This document shows positions 13,501 through 26,436 of a DNA stretch of 64,000 bases, in pieces. Location of the stretch: assembly GCA_965235115.1 (NCBI GenBank), contig OZ249437.1, positions 51,026,001 to 51,090,000 of the forward strand, read 5' to 3'. A program made the translations under genes and the position numbers. A model generated the notes under the pieces. That model saw nothing but the letters and a program-made list of their open reading frames with translations. It did no database searches and was not told the origin of the DNA. The stretch's first letter is position 1, and every line of letters begins with the position of its first letter. The stretch comes from Laetmonice hystrix. Its lineage: Eukaryota.

Positions 13501-14950
13501 CCCCTCGTCTCCACATAGGAAGTTGTGTACAAGGTTTTATTTTTTTGTTAAGACCAATATATATTACATACGACCCTAATGACTTACCTCCATATTAAGC
13601 TATAGACCGGCTTATTATTTCTTCCCCACCTTCCTAGTGAAGTTTTTAGCGCCACACCAGATAGGCCGATGGCTACGTTTTTCTTTGCAACTAAACATAG
13701 CCCCAATGTATCCTGCCTGTGTACCTAACGATGGACGCTGAGCCGAGATTCAGGTGTCAATAATGCCACGGGCGAATGAAATATCTCGCTACTAACACAT
13801 GATGAAAGCTGTACCTGTTTGGTCGGATATACCCGAGTGTCGAATGTTTCCAGTTGGCATATTTGAGTGGATGTGTAGCTGAAAGCAACGAATCGCAAAT
13901 GTCAGAATCATAACTTTAAAGTGCTGCGGCCTTTGAGGTGTATGTTAGTATAAATAACGTTTCAGGGTTGTTATCATCTATAGGAGCCTCGAAAAAAATC
14001 AGTTGAAGAGTTAAAGTAGGAAATCAATGTCAACGACCCGACTATAAGCGCTCATAATATAATGTAGAGTATAGTCTTTACACAAAGCAACTGACAAGAA
14101 AACGCGAACAGCATGAAAAGAATAGATAAACCATTTGGTAAATGTAATACTCTAGCCGCTACTGCATGCGTATAGACAGGGAGGAAAATAACAGACCTCT
14201 TCATGCACCTGGGAGCCTTAATCTGTCAGGTATGAAATCTCAGCTTGCTTTTTATATGCATATCTAATAAAATGATATATATTTTATATGCCCTACATGG
14301 GGCTTGGCACGGTCATCTTAATGACTGTCTTATCTCGTCCAAGGGTGTACCATACAGTCAGGAGCTATAGCTATAGCTGTGATGTGTCAGTAAATGAGAG
14401 ACATTTTTTAGATTTTTCTCCAATCATGCAATATATGACTTATCTTATCTATGTCAGATGGTTTGCGTCCGATTGCAGCGTTGAAAAACGCTCATTAATG
14501 GAACTGTGTCAATTACCCAGATAAGCCCCCGTTTCCTCGCACTTATCAACCCCCAAACACCCCCCCCCCCTTTAGAAATAGACCACAATTCATCCGTTTT
14601 TGCCCTTACTGTGTAGATATGCTCCTGTAGACTATATCACTTAACGTCGCCTTACTCTGGAATCTGACTCCTGAGACACAGCGTTATAACATAACGTATA
14701 TTATATAAAACAATATAACGTACCGACACATACTGTAGTCTCGCAGAATATACACAAAAACTCAACTGAAAACTTTTTGATACAAGCGCTAAACTTCTCG
14801 GCTTTGAACGTATCTGTTCGTTTTCCAGGAGAAATCAAGGGGATGGAAATACTCAAGTCAGCCAAGGCTGAGAGGCAATGTGGTCATTTGGAACTAATTA
14901 ATTCTTATTTATCCTCTTGGCTTCCTCGCCCAATTCTATTTTTTCGACTT

Positions 14951-15405
14951 TGGCTGGCCTGTGATACAGTGTCGGCCTATGGTGGAGGACCCGGGTCCTG
15001 AATTGGCTGGCCTGTGATACAGTGTCGGCCTATGATGGAGGACCCGGGTCCTGAATTGGCTGGCCTGTGATACAGTGTCGGCCTATGATGGAGGACCCGG
15101 GTCCTGAATTGGCTGGCCTGTGATACAGTGTCGGCCTATGATGGAGGACCCGGGTCCTGAATTGGCTGGCCTGTGATACAGTGTCGGCCTATGATGGAGG
15201 ATCCGGGTCCTGAATTGGCTGGCCTGTGATACAGTGTCGGCCTATGGTGGAGGACCCGGGTCCTGAATTGGCTGGCCTGTGATACAGTGTCGGCCTATGG
15301 TGGAGGACCCGGGTCCTGAATTGGCTGGCCTGTGATACAGTGTCGGCCTATGGTGGAGGACCCGGGTCCTGAATTGGCTGGCCTGTGATACAGTGTCGGC
15401 CTATG
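14951..15405. repeat. Minisatellite, 53-bp unit x 8.6, each full unit carrying a 14-bp palindrome
   Basis: Unit tggctggcctgtgatacagtgtcggcctatg(a/g)tggaggacccgggtcctgaat at 14951 + 53n; contains AGGACCCGGGTCCT (one copy has a substitution). Confidence 0.98.
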
Positions 15406-15544
15406 CAGCTGTACATGTATATTTTATGTATCTGGTTTAAAAAACCGATGACGGTCAAATCTATCATTGTTTTTGTGTAAAATATATATAGATAAATAAA
15501 TAATAATAAAAAAATTATAAATAAATAAAACTAATTAAACGTTA

Positions 15545-15909
15545 TTAAAGGGACAGAGCAAATTCCACAACTTTGAACTCCAGTGACACCATATTAAATT
15601 TCCAGGTTCGAGCGACAAGCGAAAGTATTTTAAAAATGGAATGGAAAAATATGTCTCTGCTGTCCTGGTTTCCACTCCGATTCTGGTGCCATATTTGGAC
15701 ATACTCTATAACCTATAAATAGATTACCGCCAGCTCACAGCCCGCGCTGGGTTCAGAAAATAGCGGACGGGCCGAACGGTAACTCGGGGCCCCAACATAA
15801 GTCCAGTTTTAAAATACTTTCGTTTTAAATATCGCTCGAACCTGAAATTTTAACGTGTTGTCACTGGGTTCAAAGGTAAGTATTTAAGAAATCTGGGGTG
15901 CCACTTTAA
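15545..15909. mobile_element. Non-autonomous DNA transposon (MITE), TTAA-flanked, Kolobok/piggyBac-like ends
   Basis: TTAA at 15545-15548 and 15906-15909. The element starts AG and ends CT. Imperfect inverted arms of about 70 bp lie at 15571-15639 (ctttgaactccagtgacacc...caggttcgagcga...cgaaagtattttaaaaatgg) and 15803-15875 (ccagttttaaaatactttcg...tcgctcgaacctg...gtcactgggttcaaag). No ORF. TTAA target duplication with RR...YY termini is the described Kolobok pattern. Confidence 0.7.
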
Positions 15910-16381
15910 ATCGATTATTTGTCGAAGGTGTGATCTAGCTATAAGGTAATATTATTAGGACTATATCCTTATACATTCGGCCTAATCTCAATACGTCATT
16001 CAACATTTTACAGTGTTACTTTAAAGGTGTCCTCGTGAAAAAAAGTTCAATTTTTTTATTTCTAATTTTGTTGACGTTTATGTGATCCCCCTATCATGGA
16101 AATAGATTCACAACAAAGGAAATCAAAATTTTTCATGGATAACGGCACAAATGGGACTCTCTCAGAAGGCCCGTGGAGACCCTGACACGCCCCACCATAG
16201 GAAATGGCTCTATCTCGGTGCGCACCGAGATAGGTTTCAAATGCTGCACACAAACTAATAGAAAGTTTATCAGGCCAATGGTATCGGTAGGAATTTTTTC
16301 TAGTACTATGTGCACAATGTATGATAGGAGAAATGGCATTCTGTGCGAGACGAATAGCACCTTTAACAAACATTAAGAGGT

Positions 16382-16712
16382 CAACATCTCCAGCTTACTC
16401 TCACGGGTGCTTCATTGTGCACATTTGGGGACATAGTGGTCGTTAGGAAGGTGACTGTGAGTACAACATCTCCAGCTTACTCTCACGGGTGCTTCATTGT
16501 GTGCATTTGGGGACATAGTGGTCGTTAGGAAGGTGACTGTGAGTACAACATCTCCAGCTTACTCTCACGGGTGCTTCATTGTGCGCATTTGGGGACATAG
16601 TGGTCGTTAGGAAGGTGACTGTGAGTACAACATCTCCAGCTTACTCTCACGGGTGCTTCATTGTGCGCATTTGGGGACATAGTGGTCGTTAGGAAGGTGA
16701 CTGTGAGTACAA
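16382..16712. repeat. Minisatellite, 82-bp unit x 4
   Basis: Unit caacatctccagcttactctcacggg...ggaaggtgactgtgagta at 16382, 16464, 16546, 16628; copies differ only around gtgc(a/g)catt. Confidence 0.98.
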
Positions 16713-18524
16713 TCAGACCATGGAATCACCTGCAGGCCCACGATACACAAGACCTGTTGTATATGTTCATTGTCTGACGTACCCTTGACCTTTCAACTGG
16801 TCTCAACCACAGACAGGATCAAGAACGGAATCTGGACTTAATTCTTATATATTGAGGAGAGCGAAAGCCGGTTGGCTCTAGCACAAGTTCACCATTTGCC
16901 TGCGGGCGAATATATTTTATACTCTGACAGACACTTCGGCCTCTGCATCGCATTCTTGGTGAAATTCGAGAAAAGCCTGCACCCAAACGACATATCTAGT
17001 GACAAGCTGGAGACGCCCGGCATGGTGCATGCATGTTAATAAGGATTAATTTGTTGGCGTGCCAATTTCCTCATTGTTTCCTCCCATTTCTTGCTAATGG
17101 GCGGTGTCCACTGGAAGTCCCTTACATAAAAACAGTCGTCCGTCACTCTTGTTCTACCGATAGCACAGCGGGGGGAAAACAAAGTTAAATGACCAGGGTT
17201 CCGCTCGGTCTACCCGTTCTACTTGAAAGCAAAGAAAAATATGCCTCGCCGTCTGCCCTCTATTTGTCGTCACTTTCTCAGCAGACGCCGAGTTTGTGTC
17301 ATGCTTTGGGCAGTGCGTCCACCAAGCGTCTGTTGAGATAGGACCTGACGGCATTGTCCCTTTTACTCAACGTAAGTGATAGCATGGGATGGACAGGACC
17401 TGGTGATGTATACGCTCTTTACACTCAAAGGTCGCTTTAAATGCTACCGAACTTGATATCAGTGTCTTCATTTGCATGTAATTTGCGCATGAAGAAGCGG
17501 CAAGGTCGGAAGCGGGTTTCGATTCGGAAGCGCGCCAGGTATAATGGACGTGTTCATTGGTGTCTTTTTACGGCCGACATTCGTTCAAAGGGTCGCATTG
17601 ACTTAGGGCCGAAAATAAAGAAGCTCAATGACTTTGCCGAGACTGAGTCGGTTTCCAGTGTGAACTACATTAGTTTGTGTGAAAATCACCCCCAGGGTGA
17701 TTTATTAAGGTTTCAACACCTTAATAAATTGGGACGTTCATTACCATTGGGAAAACCAACTCTGCGGCAATAAAATGGCGCCGGGTATAGGGTCAAAGCG
17801 TTGCGCCTGGTTGTAGAGACATCTTTCCTACCTTTTTAATCGTTTGTTGTTAGACATGCGATATACAAGAACAAGAATTTGTATCTTCTCTTGTGACGGA
17901 AAGCAGGGGTTCATTTAGTGACCCTCTAACATTTTTAGAGACACGTCATCTTTGCCAACGTTCATCAGATCGATCACGACTGGCAATTTGTATGGTCATT
18001 CGCTAAAAAAAACCTACAGTTGTATAATGCACAGTATGTAAAACAGTATAATAAATATTTGGTTTGAGAGACATGTAAATAGAAGGGGGAGGGGATGTTT
18101 TATGACATCAGCATGGACTGTGCGAAACGTTCATTATTACCAGAACTAACACACGTATAGTTACCAATCTGTTGAATAAATCAATGTTTGAACATGAAAA
18201 CCGAACACGTTAAAGGTGTCCCATTAATCTTTCATAAAGACCTTGTCAAGAGGCACATTGTTATGCCATTTGGAGTGTCGTGCACGTTTGCGGCCATTCC
18301 AAAATCCATATGGATGGCAATAGATTCACCTCCAATATGTAACATATTTCAAAGTCAAGCATGTAATAATCTCGTTCTATCACCATGGAAACAGGGCGTT
18401 GCTGATAGCTGACATCGAGTGCCACTTGTAACACCATAACACCATCTATAGTGTCAACTAAAACACACTAATCAATTATCAATATATTCACGGCGACGGG
18501 TGATAAATATCTTGATCTGTATAG

Positions 18525-18572
18525 ACTTATACTCCTGCTGCGGATCAGGAACTTATACTCCTGCTGCGGATC
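18525..18572. repeat. 26-bp tandem duplication
   Basis: acttatactcctgctgcggatc occurs at 18525 and 18551. Confidence 0.9.
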
Positions 18573-19356
18573 GGTAAACATAACAAAACTGTAACTTCGA
18601 AAGTAGAAGGCCTCTGCAAAGAAACACTTTGGTCTGAACCCAACATGATTAGGTTTTTTTAAACCAAAATCGTAGATCTGCACCTGAAATTATTCATATC
18701 TAAATCATGCACATTGTACGGCACACTAACTCTAGTATACGATGGGCGCCCAACATGTGCCTTCAGGTCAACCGTTTGCGGCTGCTGCTGTCCGTGGACC
18801 GACTTCATTTCCCACATTTCCCTGGAACCAGTTATTGTTCCGGAGGGAATCTCCCAGTACTATTCGACTTCCCAACAGGGAATTCTATCAGCATCTCCCA
18901 AGGCCATCAAAGCATACCAAATAGTTTTAGTTCAGCGGCTGGTAACCGTCATATTGACGGAAACAACGGGGACTTCGTCTTCAGAAATGAAACCCAGAGC
19001 GCCCCCTGCTCAGTTTTTAGATAGCCACACATGTAAATGGGCTAAACCAGTCCTCTAGACGCCACAACCAGTACGCACCCACTCTACTCCCTTGATTACC
19101 TCTTTGACAGCCGTCACTCCGAGTCGTAGCAAACAACTAGACATCATGAATGAGGGCAGGTCAAGCCAATATCTTCACACACTGGTCCATGATAACTAGA
19201 AACAGTGTCCGCCAATCACTGAGGCCAGTGTGGCCGTCATCTTGCCAATCAATGCTATTGAAATATGGTCAATATTGTAAAGTGAAGATTGGCATACGTC
19301 CAATGAAGTTGTACGGATAACAAGATTTGGATAAGATACATTGTAGTTCCTTGTAT

Positions 19357-19387
19357 GAGATAGAGATAGAGAGAGGGGGAGGGGAGA

Positions 19388-19421
<34 letters not shown>
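19357..19421. repeat. (GA)n microsatellite
   Basis: gagatagagatagagag...gagagaga tract. Confidence 0.95.
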
Positions 19422-19424
<3 letters not shown>

Positions 19425-19548
19425 AAGCGACGCAGAGACCGAAAGAGAATGACAGATTTGACCTTTTATACTGTAACCATGCCATGATTCATTTAAAATT
19501 CAGTTTCATGTGGAATGAAAAACGTCTGTTGGCAGTGGGGTGGGTCTG

Positions 19549-19598
19549 CCCCCCCCGGCCGGGCCGGACCCCCCCCCCGGCCGGGCCGGACCCCCGGG
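19549..19598. repeat. GC-rich duplication (poly-C + ggccgggccgga) x 2
   Basis: Direct reading. Confidence 0.85.
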
Positions 19599-22233
19599 TC
19601 GTACTCCGCCTGGGTTATCACGTGACGGGGGTCACCCTACCGGCGCCCTCCACTTCACTAATCCAGTTGCACGTGAACCAGATACTTTGATCGGTTCAAT
19701 TTTCTCCTCGCAATTGGCACGATTGGTACTATAGTGCTTTCTACTTTCTGTTTTTACGCCCCCCCCCCCCCCCAATCATAAGTAGAGAGATTGCACGTGG
19801 GCTTGGTCTGTCCATTGTGCTCTCGACCAACGTATTGGTCAGATGATTCATAGACAGACGATCAGAGCGCCAGTGTTAGCGTCTCGGGCTAACCCAGCAG
19901 GGAAGTTGACGCCTCGCCATCACTGACAAAATCTCGCAGTCACAAAGGGACTCTACCCCGCGCCCTTGGCTGCTTACCTCTCTCAGCATCCACGCGTCAT
20001 CAAGGGCATTCACGATTGTCAAACGCGAGGGGCAAGATCACTGGGCTAAAACATCAAAGACGTGAAATACCTGAATAAAAAAAGCAGACTTCATCAATTC
20101 CCTAACGCTCTATACTGTGCTTTATTTTTGCTGTTGTGAAACACCATATAGTCAGTCTCACGCTGCACATCTCGATATGTACCCCTCGCGTACTCGGTAT
20201 AGATCGGGTTCACGGAGAGTGCTTCAATGTAGTCAACATATCGCATTTATTTGCTTTAATTTCCTTCAACAGATCATGATGTTATCTACACCACACATGG
20301 CGGAGACTATTTCAAAAGGAGTTTTTAAACAGGCTGCGACTGTCTGTTCATATTGTCATGCCGAGTGCCGAGTCTCTTGCCACCTGAAACCCTCCGGGTT
20401 TGGCGTGTAGCGCGCTCAGAGCTGCTGCCCGTGTTACGAAGCATAATCGGTCCGATCGGTGCAAAAAGCGGAGGTAAATACGTTAGCCGTCCTTTGTTAG
20501 TTTCCACCGAAGCGTCAGCCGATGGTGCTGCATAGGCAATTGGTAACTCCATCGTTATTTAACTTTTCCCCAAGGTGCCTGTTCACGTTGATCAACCGTG
20601 GCGACTTGGCAGTATCCAACATCATGCGGAAGTCATGCAACCAGACAGAAGAATTCCTCCGCTGTTCTTTTCACTGACTCTATTCCGGAGTGCGTTTCCG
20701 ATATAAAACGTAACGAAAATATCCGGTGTACTTTGTGGATGCTAGGAGTAGGACGTACTGGATTTACAGCCAGAGTTAAGTGCACAAGCGATGGAACAGT
20801 TGTCAGGCCTGAAGGGCTAAATCAAAATGCGCAACGTCAATTGTTTTCCGGGGAAAATACCAGGTAACTATTGGGGCCATTTTCAGCCGAACTCCCATGC
20901 GAACCCCCGCTGGATACAGGGGATCGAGCTACTGAAGTTGGGCGTAAAACTGTATCATTAATAAAAAAAAACCGGTTCAGGTACGCCCAAATTGTTCTAG
21001 TCTTGCCTCCTCGAATACGAGGGGACTGTGCGTGGCTGGGATGATTAAACGGCGCGGGATATACGGTGTAGTCGAGCACAGAGGTGGTCGATCGGCATCG
21101 GTTCGATTTTTATCATTGACAGTGCATGTGCGTGGGATTTAGTTGGCTTTGCTTGTGGAGACAGCGCTGACGTTGGCGGGTTCTTCTCTCAGATAGGCAC
21201 GGGCTTTGGGGATGACGGCGGCTTCAGACTCCCGTGGTGTCAAGGAGAGAGTAGGGGCTTGTACAGAGTGTGCAGTCTCAGTGTTATACTAGGGTACTTT
21301 GACGTAGGTTGCGAGCTGTTCGGGGGCCTCTCCCCCACCCCCGTTACAGGGCCGACACCGTTTCCATCAAGTCAGTGGAGGTACTGTACTGGTTGGGTGA
21401 GGTGACGGACCAACTCTACCAGCCGGCTGTACGCTCCCCGAGACCCGAGTCGGGACTGCCGCTACTGGGGGTGCGCAGCCCGGGCCCACTTTTACACCAT
21501 CTGCGCATTGTTGTGTGTCGGCCGGAGGGCCGCGTTGCACATTGACTGGCGGCTGGCGGAGTGAGTGAGTGAGTGAGAGGGGGAGGGTGGTTCATTCACA
21601 TTTAAAGTAATCTCCGCGTTCGCACTTGATCAATTACGCCCGGACCAGCTCGACGGCAAGTCTGCCATCGGCTGCAGAAGCTGTGCTAGGGTTCCGGCGC
21701 CTACCTGCGGTCACTATGCTCCCCTACACGTGTTTACAGCAGCTGTTGGCCTCTTCTTGGATGGTTTTACCCCTGACTTCGAACCTTGTCATCGCCACCT
21801 AAGTCACAATTCTCAAGAGCAGCGTGGATAATTACGATCTGTGGCAGTCTGTGATTAAAAGTGGAGTAGGTGGAATAGTTTGGGTCTGATTGTGAAGCCC
21901 CTAAAGAAAAGGCACGGTACTGGTGGATTGCCACTACCGAGCCTCAACGTTCGAGATTGTCCGTGTACATTGTGAGTGGGACGGACGGGTCAGGAGGATG
22001 GACACCATGTCACCGACCGGGATGTACCGTATTGTGTTGATGCTGAGCGTCCTCTGGGCCGTTGTTGGTAAGTAGCTGTTAGTACTTCTAGGTAGTATGA
22101 AAAATAAGTTTTCAGGACACCAAAATCCCAGCCGTTTTCCTCTTGAATCAACAGAATATAAAAAAGAGCACCCACCGTTACCCCAGGGGCATTTCCCTGA
22201 CAACTGGCCGACGTTGCCGTGGTACGGGGCGGG

Positions 22234-22275
22234 CCGGCCCGGGCGGTGTATGGGTCGGTGAGCCGCCCGGGCCGG
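22234..22275. other. Perfect 13-bp all-GC inverted repeat (hairpin, 16-nt loop)
   Basis: CCGGCCCGGGCGG (22234-22246) is the exact reverse complement of CCGCCCGGGCCGG (22263-22275). Confidence 0.85.
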
Positions 22276-23339
22276 GTTGATTGATGCCGGGCCTGTTACC
22301 CCGCCTGTCCCGCACGTGGCCCAAGCCGTGGTGTTCACCACAGCTGCTCAGATGTTTTCCCAATTACTGGAAGCCTAATTATCGCAAGACATACTACGAC
22401 GAATTCACACGGCAGGTTTAGCCAAACTTACGGACATGCCAACTGACCGTGAGAAAGAATTGGATTTTTGAAGTAAGTAAAAGTGGTGATATAATCTGGG
22501 GATGTCACTGATGTTATAACTTACAGCTAGAGTCATACTTCGGTGCGTACAGGACTGAGAAAGACTACAGATACCTGGCAGTCTCAGTAGTTGCACTTAT
22601 CTGGTCTATATCGGGTAGCACAATTGTGTACTGGGTTGGGTGTAAACGAGTTTAAGTGCCTGGAGTCCTGGGTGTCCCAAATTACAATCTATTGATATTA
22701 CGTCTCTGAGTTGAATCGGGCGTTGAATTAAATCGCCTTCAAAGCGCTACGGGGTAGGTCGGTGCCTGGCCCGGGCTCTTTGTTAGGCTTGGCCGGTGTC
22801 CTCCCCCATTCCAGTATGCCTGTCATCCTCTGCGGTAGGCCATTTAAAGTGCTTCGTCGACAACACACGGCACACCCTCCGATGTGCTGCATTGCAAGCA
22901 TGCACTCGTTGTTGTTGGTGCTCCTCCGTCTATGCCGACGTGAAGAGGAAAAGCCCCGTTACCCTTCAAAATATTCAAAGCGACAAGTGCTTTTTATATA
23001 CGACTGTTCCTTTACTGTCGCAGCACCCACCCTCACGGTCTAACTCACCCAAATGGAATTTAGCACAAACAGTTAAAGGTAATTGAATTCCGTTGGCACA
23101 ATATGTGTCAAGGGCGCCGTCGTTTACATAGGGGCTAATGGGTAAATTGGGATGCGTGTAACGGGAGCGCATTGGTAGCAAGCCGACGAGGTGGACGGCG
23201 TGGGGGGTAACAAGAAAATTGTTACGTCAAATGGCTTGTTCACGGGTACGCTAGAATCTTTGAAGCAAATGATTTGTTTGAAGTGGCCCAGTCGTCATAA
23301 TTGCTGACTTTAATTCCCTGTTGCCTGGCTCAACCATGA

Positions 23340-23445
23340 GTGGCGGTGGCCTAGTGGGCATGGATGTCGACACCTTATGCTATGCGAATGGGTGCAGTAA
23401 TCTTAGGGCCTGGGTTCGATTCCTGTAGAGGACTATACAACTTTT
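23340..23445 (+). mobile_element. tRNA-derived SINE head or degenerate tRNA pseudogene with Pol III internal promoter
   Basis: A box TGGCCTAGTGG 23347-23357, B box GGTTCGATTCC 23413-23423, T4 run 23442-23445. The acceptor stem does not pair and the T stem is degenerate, so this is not a functional tRNA. Confidence 0.5.
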
Positions 23446-23869
23446 CTCTTTAGGGACATTGTCAAAGTAATTGGGTTACCCCTGATGCCCGTGCATTTCA
23501 AAAGAAAAATACAGCCCTTCATGGGGTACAGTCAGGGTCAGCCAGAAGAGTCTAGGGGCGTGGTGGTAAGCGGATCTCAGGGCCCCCGACGTCTCACCCA
23601 CAAGAACGCGGGCTAACGAGACATTTGAAGTATGTTTGACTGACCAACGTCAACGGATTGCCATAATTGCAGTGGCGCGCGCGTTTCGAGCGGTCGTCTG
23701 CAGGCTGATGCAGACGAACATTGGAATCGACGTGACGCAGCATATGTTCTGGCCGTGGCGTACATTTTGCTGTGCGTCTGCACATTTTTGACAGGCGCCT
23801 CGTCTAGCTAGGATCTCCTTATAGTGAAGAAAGATGGCTAGAATAATTCTCAACACAGACAAAGAGCGG

Positions 23870-23887
23870 GCATGCATGCATGCATGC
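23870..23887. repeat. (GCAT)4.5 microsatellite
   Basis: GCATGCATGCATGCATGC, self-complementary. Confidence 0.9.
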
Positions 23888-24311
23888 TTGCAATATTAAC
23901 CAGTAATCACAGGAGAACATTACGGAGAACAGCCTCGTGGACAAGTTTTGACACGCAGAACCTTGTAACACGTTGCTGGGGCTCTCAGAACACGGTTTTC
24001 AAGGGGGGAAAACAGAGTCACATCTGGCTCGTATGAGGTTCACGCTGCGCCGTGCAGACACCGACGGCGGCGTTGTCTTACCGTTTTCGCCGGGGTATTA
24101 GATGTGGAGAATGCCACATGCGGCCACCTGCCGCGGGGTGCCAGCGTCATGCCTGATCCTCTATTATGTTAACCGAGTGGGTTATCGCGGGTGTTCATCT
24201 GCTCTAAGTGTCTTCTAACAATAAACCACAGTTAGAGGACTACCACATGAAATGGTGTCGGCATGTCTGCATGAAATGCAATTTTTGGTAGACTGTAAGC
24301 GCTTCCAAAGG

Positions 24312-24571
24312 GATGGGGGCGTTGGGGGGGGGGGGAGTGGGCCTTTTTGAAAGAGTGGACTATTATTAATTTTGATAAAAAGTGGACGTTTTGGGTGAAA
24401 ATAGACTTAGGCCATACAAGCAGGGCTTCCATTGAAAGTGGTCTTGCTCTTCACCGACAACCGACAAGAAAACTAAATTGATGCATTAGAATTACTTCTT
24501 GCACAAAAAAGTGGGCCTCTGCCACTTGATGGTGGTGGTGGTGGTGGTGGACCTCCCTGGCTACGGGCCTG
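24312..24571. mobile_element. Probable truncated MITE (right part only)
   Basis: Ends in CCTGGCTACGGGCCTG (24556-24571) after a (GGT)7 run, with internal aaaaagtggac/aaagtgggcc motifs and a poly-G. This resembles, from memory, the ends of small invertebrate non-autonomous elements. No matching left arm CAGGCCCGTAGCCAGG found nearby. Confidence 0.35.
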
Positions 24572-25064
24572 CCAGTCAATGTGCCAAGGTATTCCAATGT
24601 ATAAAAAGTTGTGTGACTTTTCTTTTTGAACTGATCTTCCTCTCACGCAGTGTGTTAGTGAAGTCATAAACCTTGCAGACGTGACTAGCAAGGCGAACCT
24701 GTCGTTTCTTCAAGTCACACTGCCCAAAGTATACATAATAGGATAATCCTTTCAAGCAAGGTTGCCAAGCGTATCTAATCATTGACCGTATAGCTGTAAA
24801 ACATTGTGTCAGACCGGTTTCTGTTACGTCACTGGTGTAATTCCCACAAAGGAGACATTTTATCAATGTACGCTAATTCTCCTCTTACCTCACGTAAACC
24901 TCGAACTAATTACGAGTGACGTAAGACTTACTACTGACCATACGCCAGTGACACGTGTATTTGACAGCTCTGACACTCTGTGGCAGATATTGGTTTTCAA
25001 AGAGGAATAATTGTGAAATCGACTTTATTGTTGTATTTCATTGTGGACCGGCTGATGTGCGCAT

Positions 25065-25778
25065 GTTACAGTTCAGACAGCAGTATCACATAGCGACAAT
25101 AGGCATACTGTGCCTTTACCTCCTCGGAGGTTACAGTTCAGACAGCAGTATCACATAGCGACAATAGGCATACTGTGCCTTTACCTTCTCGGAGGTTACA
25201 GTTCAGACAGCAGTATCACATAGCGACAATAGGCATACTGTGCCTTTACCTCCTCAAAGGTTACAGTTCAGACAGCAGTATCACATAGCGACAATAGGCA
25301 TACTGTGCCTTTACCTTCTCGGAGGTTACAGTTCAGACAGCAGTATCACATAGCGACAATAGGCATACTGTGCCTTTACCTTCTCGGAGGTTACAGTTCA
25401 GACAGCAGTATCACATAGCGACAATAGGCATACTGTGCCTTTACCTTCTCGCATGTTACAGTTCAGACAGCAGTATCACATAGCGACAATAGGCATACTG
25501 TGCCTTTACCTTCTCGCATGTTACAGTTCAGACAGCAGTATCACATAGCGACAATAGGCATACTGTGCCTTTACCTTCTCGGAGGTTACAGTTCAGACAG
25601 CAGTATCACATAGCGACAATAGGCATACTGTGCCTTTACCTTCTCGGAGGTTACAGTTCAGACAGCAGTATCACATAGCGACAATAGGCATACTGTGCCT
25701 TTACCTTCTCGGAGGTTACAGTTCAGACAGCAGTATCACATAGCGACAATAGGCATACTGTGCCTTTACCTTCACGGA
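25065..25778. repeat. Minisatellite, 65-bp unit x 11
   Basis: Unit gttacagttcagacagcagtatcacatagcgacaataggcatactgtgcctttaccttctcggag at 25065 + 65n; variation is confined to the last ~10 nt of the unit. Confidence 0.98.
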
Positions 25779-26396
25779 CAAATATTGAACACAGACAGTT
25801 CGTATTACTTTTTTTGTATGGAAGTATAGGATATGGTGACAATAATGTATATAAGATGTCACACAAGATACACTTTCTTCTGTGCCCAATATTAATATTC
25901 ACTGCGTCATAACAACGTCCAATATTTTAGTATGTGCATTGAGAAGTTGTCATGATACAGAGCAAGAGTTAGAAATCGTACCCAGCTTCCTCATTATTGA
26001 CCCAGGGATGTTTTTGTCAGATCTACTTTAATCTTGAAATTGACGTCGGCCTATCGATGATGAGGTGAAGTGGGTGCTTATTGTAGGTCGGCAGCTTACA
26101 ACACGAGTCGAACTGCCCCATCGTGATTTGATTAGCCTCATAATAAACAAACGCCCGTGACCGACATCAGCAATGTGCCGTTGGCAGAAGTCAAGATGAA
26201 CAGGGTTATCTCCATCTTGGAAGTCGCTCTCGCCTACTCCCTGCGTCGCCGATAAGAGTAGCAATAATGCAGATTGGATAAACGTGGCTGATTTGAGCGG
26301 GCGTCTTCCCAATAATAATTATGTGGGGCGGTTAGTGCATTAGGCCGGTGAGGGTGGCTCCCGTACATGGCGGGCGCTGTGTATAGCGGCTCCCGG

Positions 26397-26436
<40 letters not shown>
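26397..26436. repeat. (AGCC)10 microsatellite
   Basis: Perfect AGCC tetramer run. Confidence 0.95.

Noticed and set aside
23735-23812. Hydrophobic stretch AAYVLAVAYILLCVCTFLTG as a signal peptide
   Set aside because: There is no in-frame ATG or acceptor upstream and no GT donor before the stop.
14951-25778. Regular arrays (53, 82, 65 bp) as possible CRISPR arrays
   Set aside because: Units are repeated head-to-tail in full with no unique spacers, there are no cas genes, and the context is eukaryotic.
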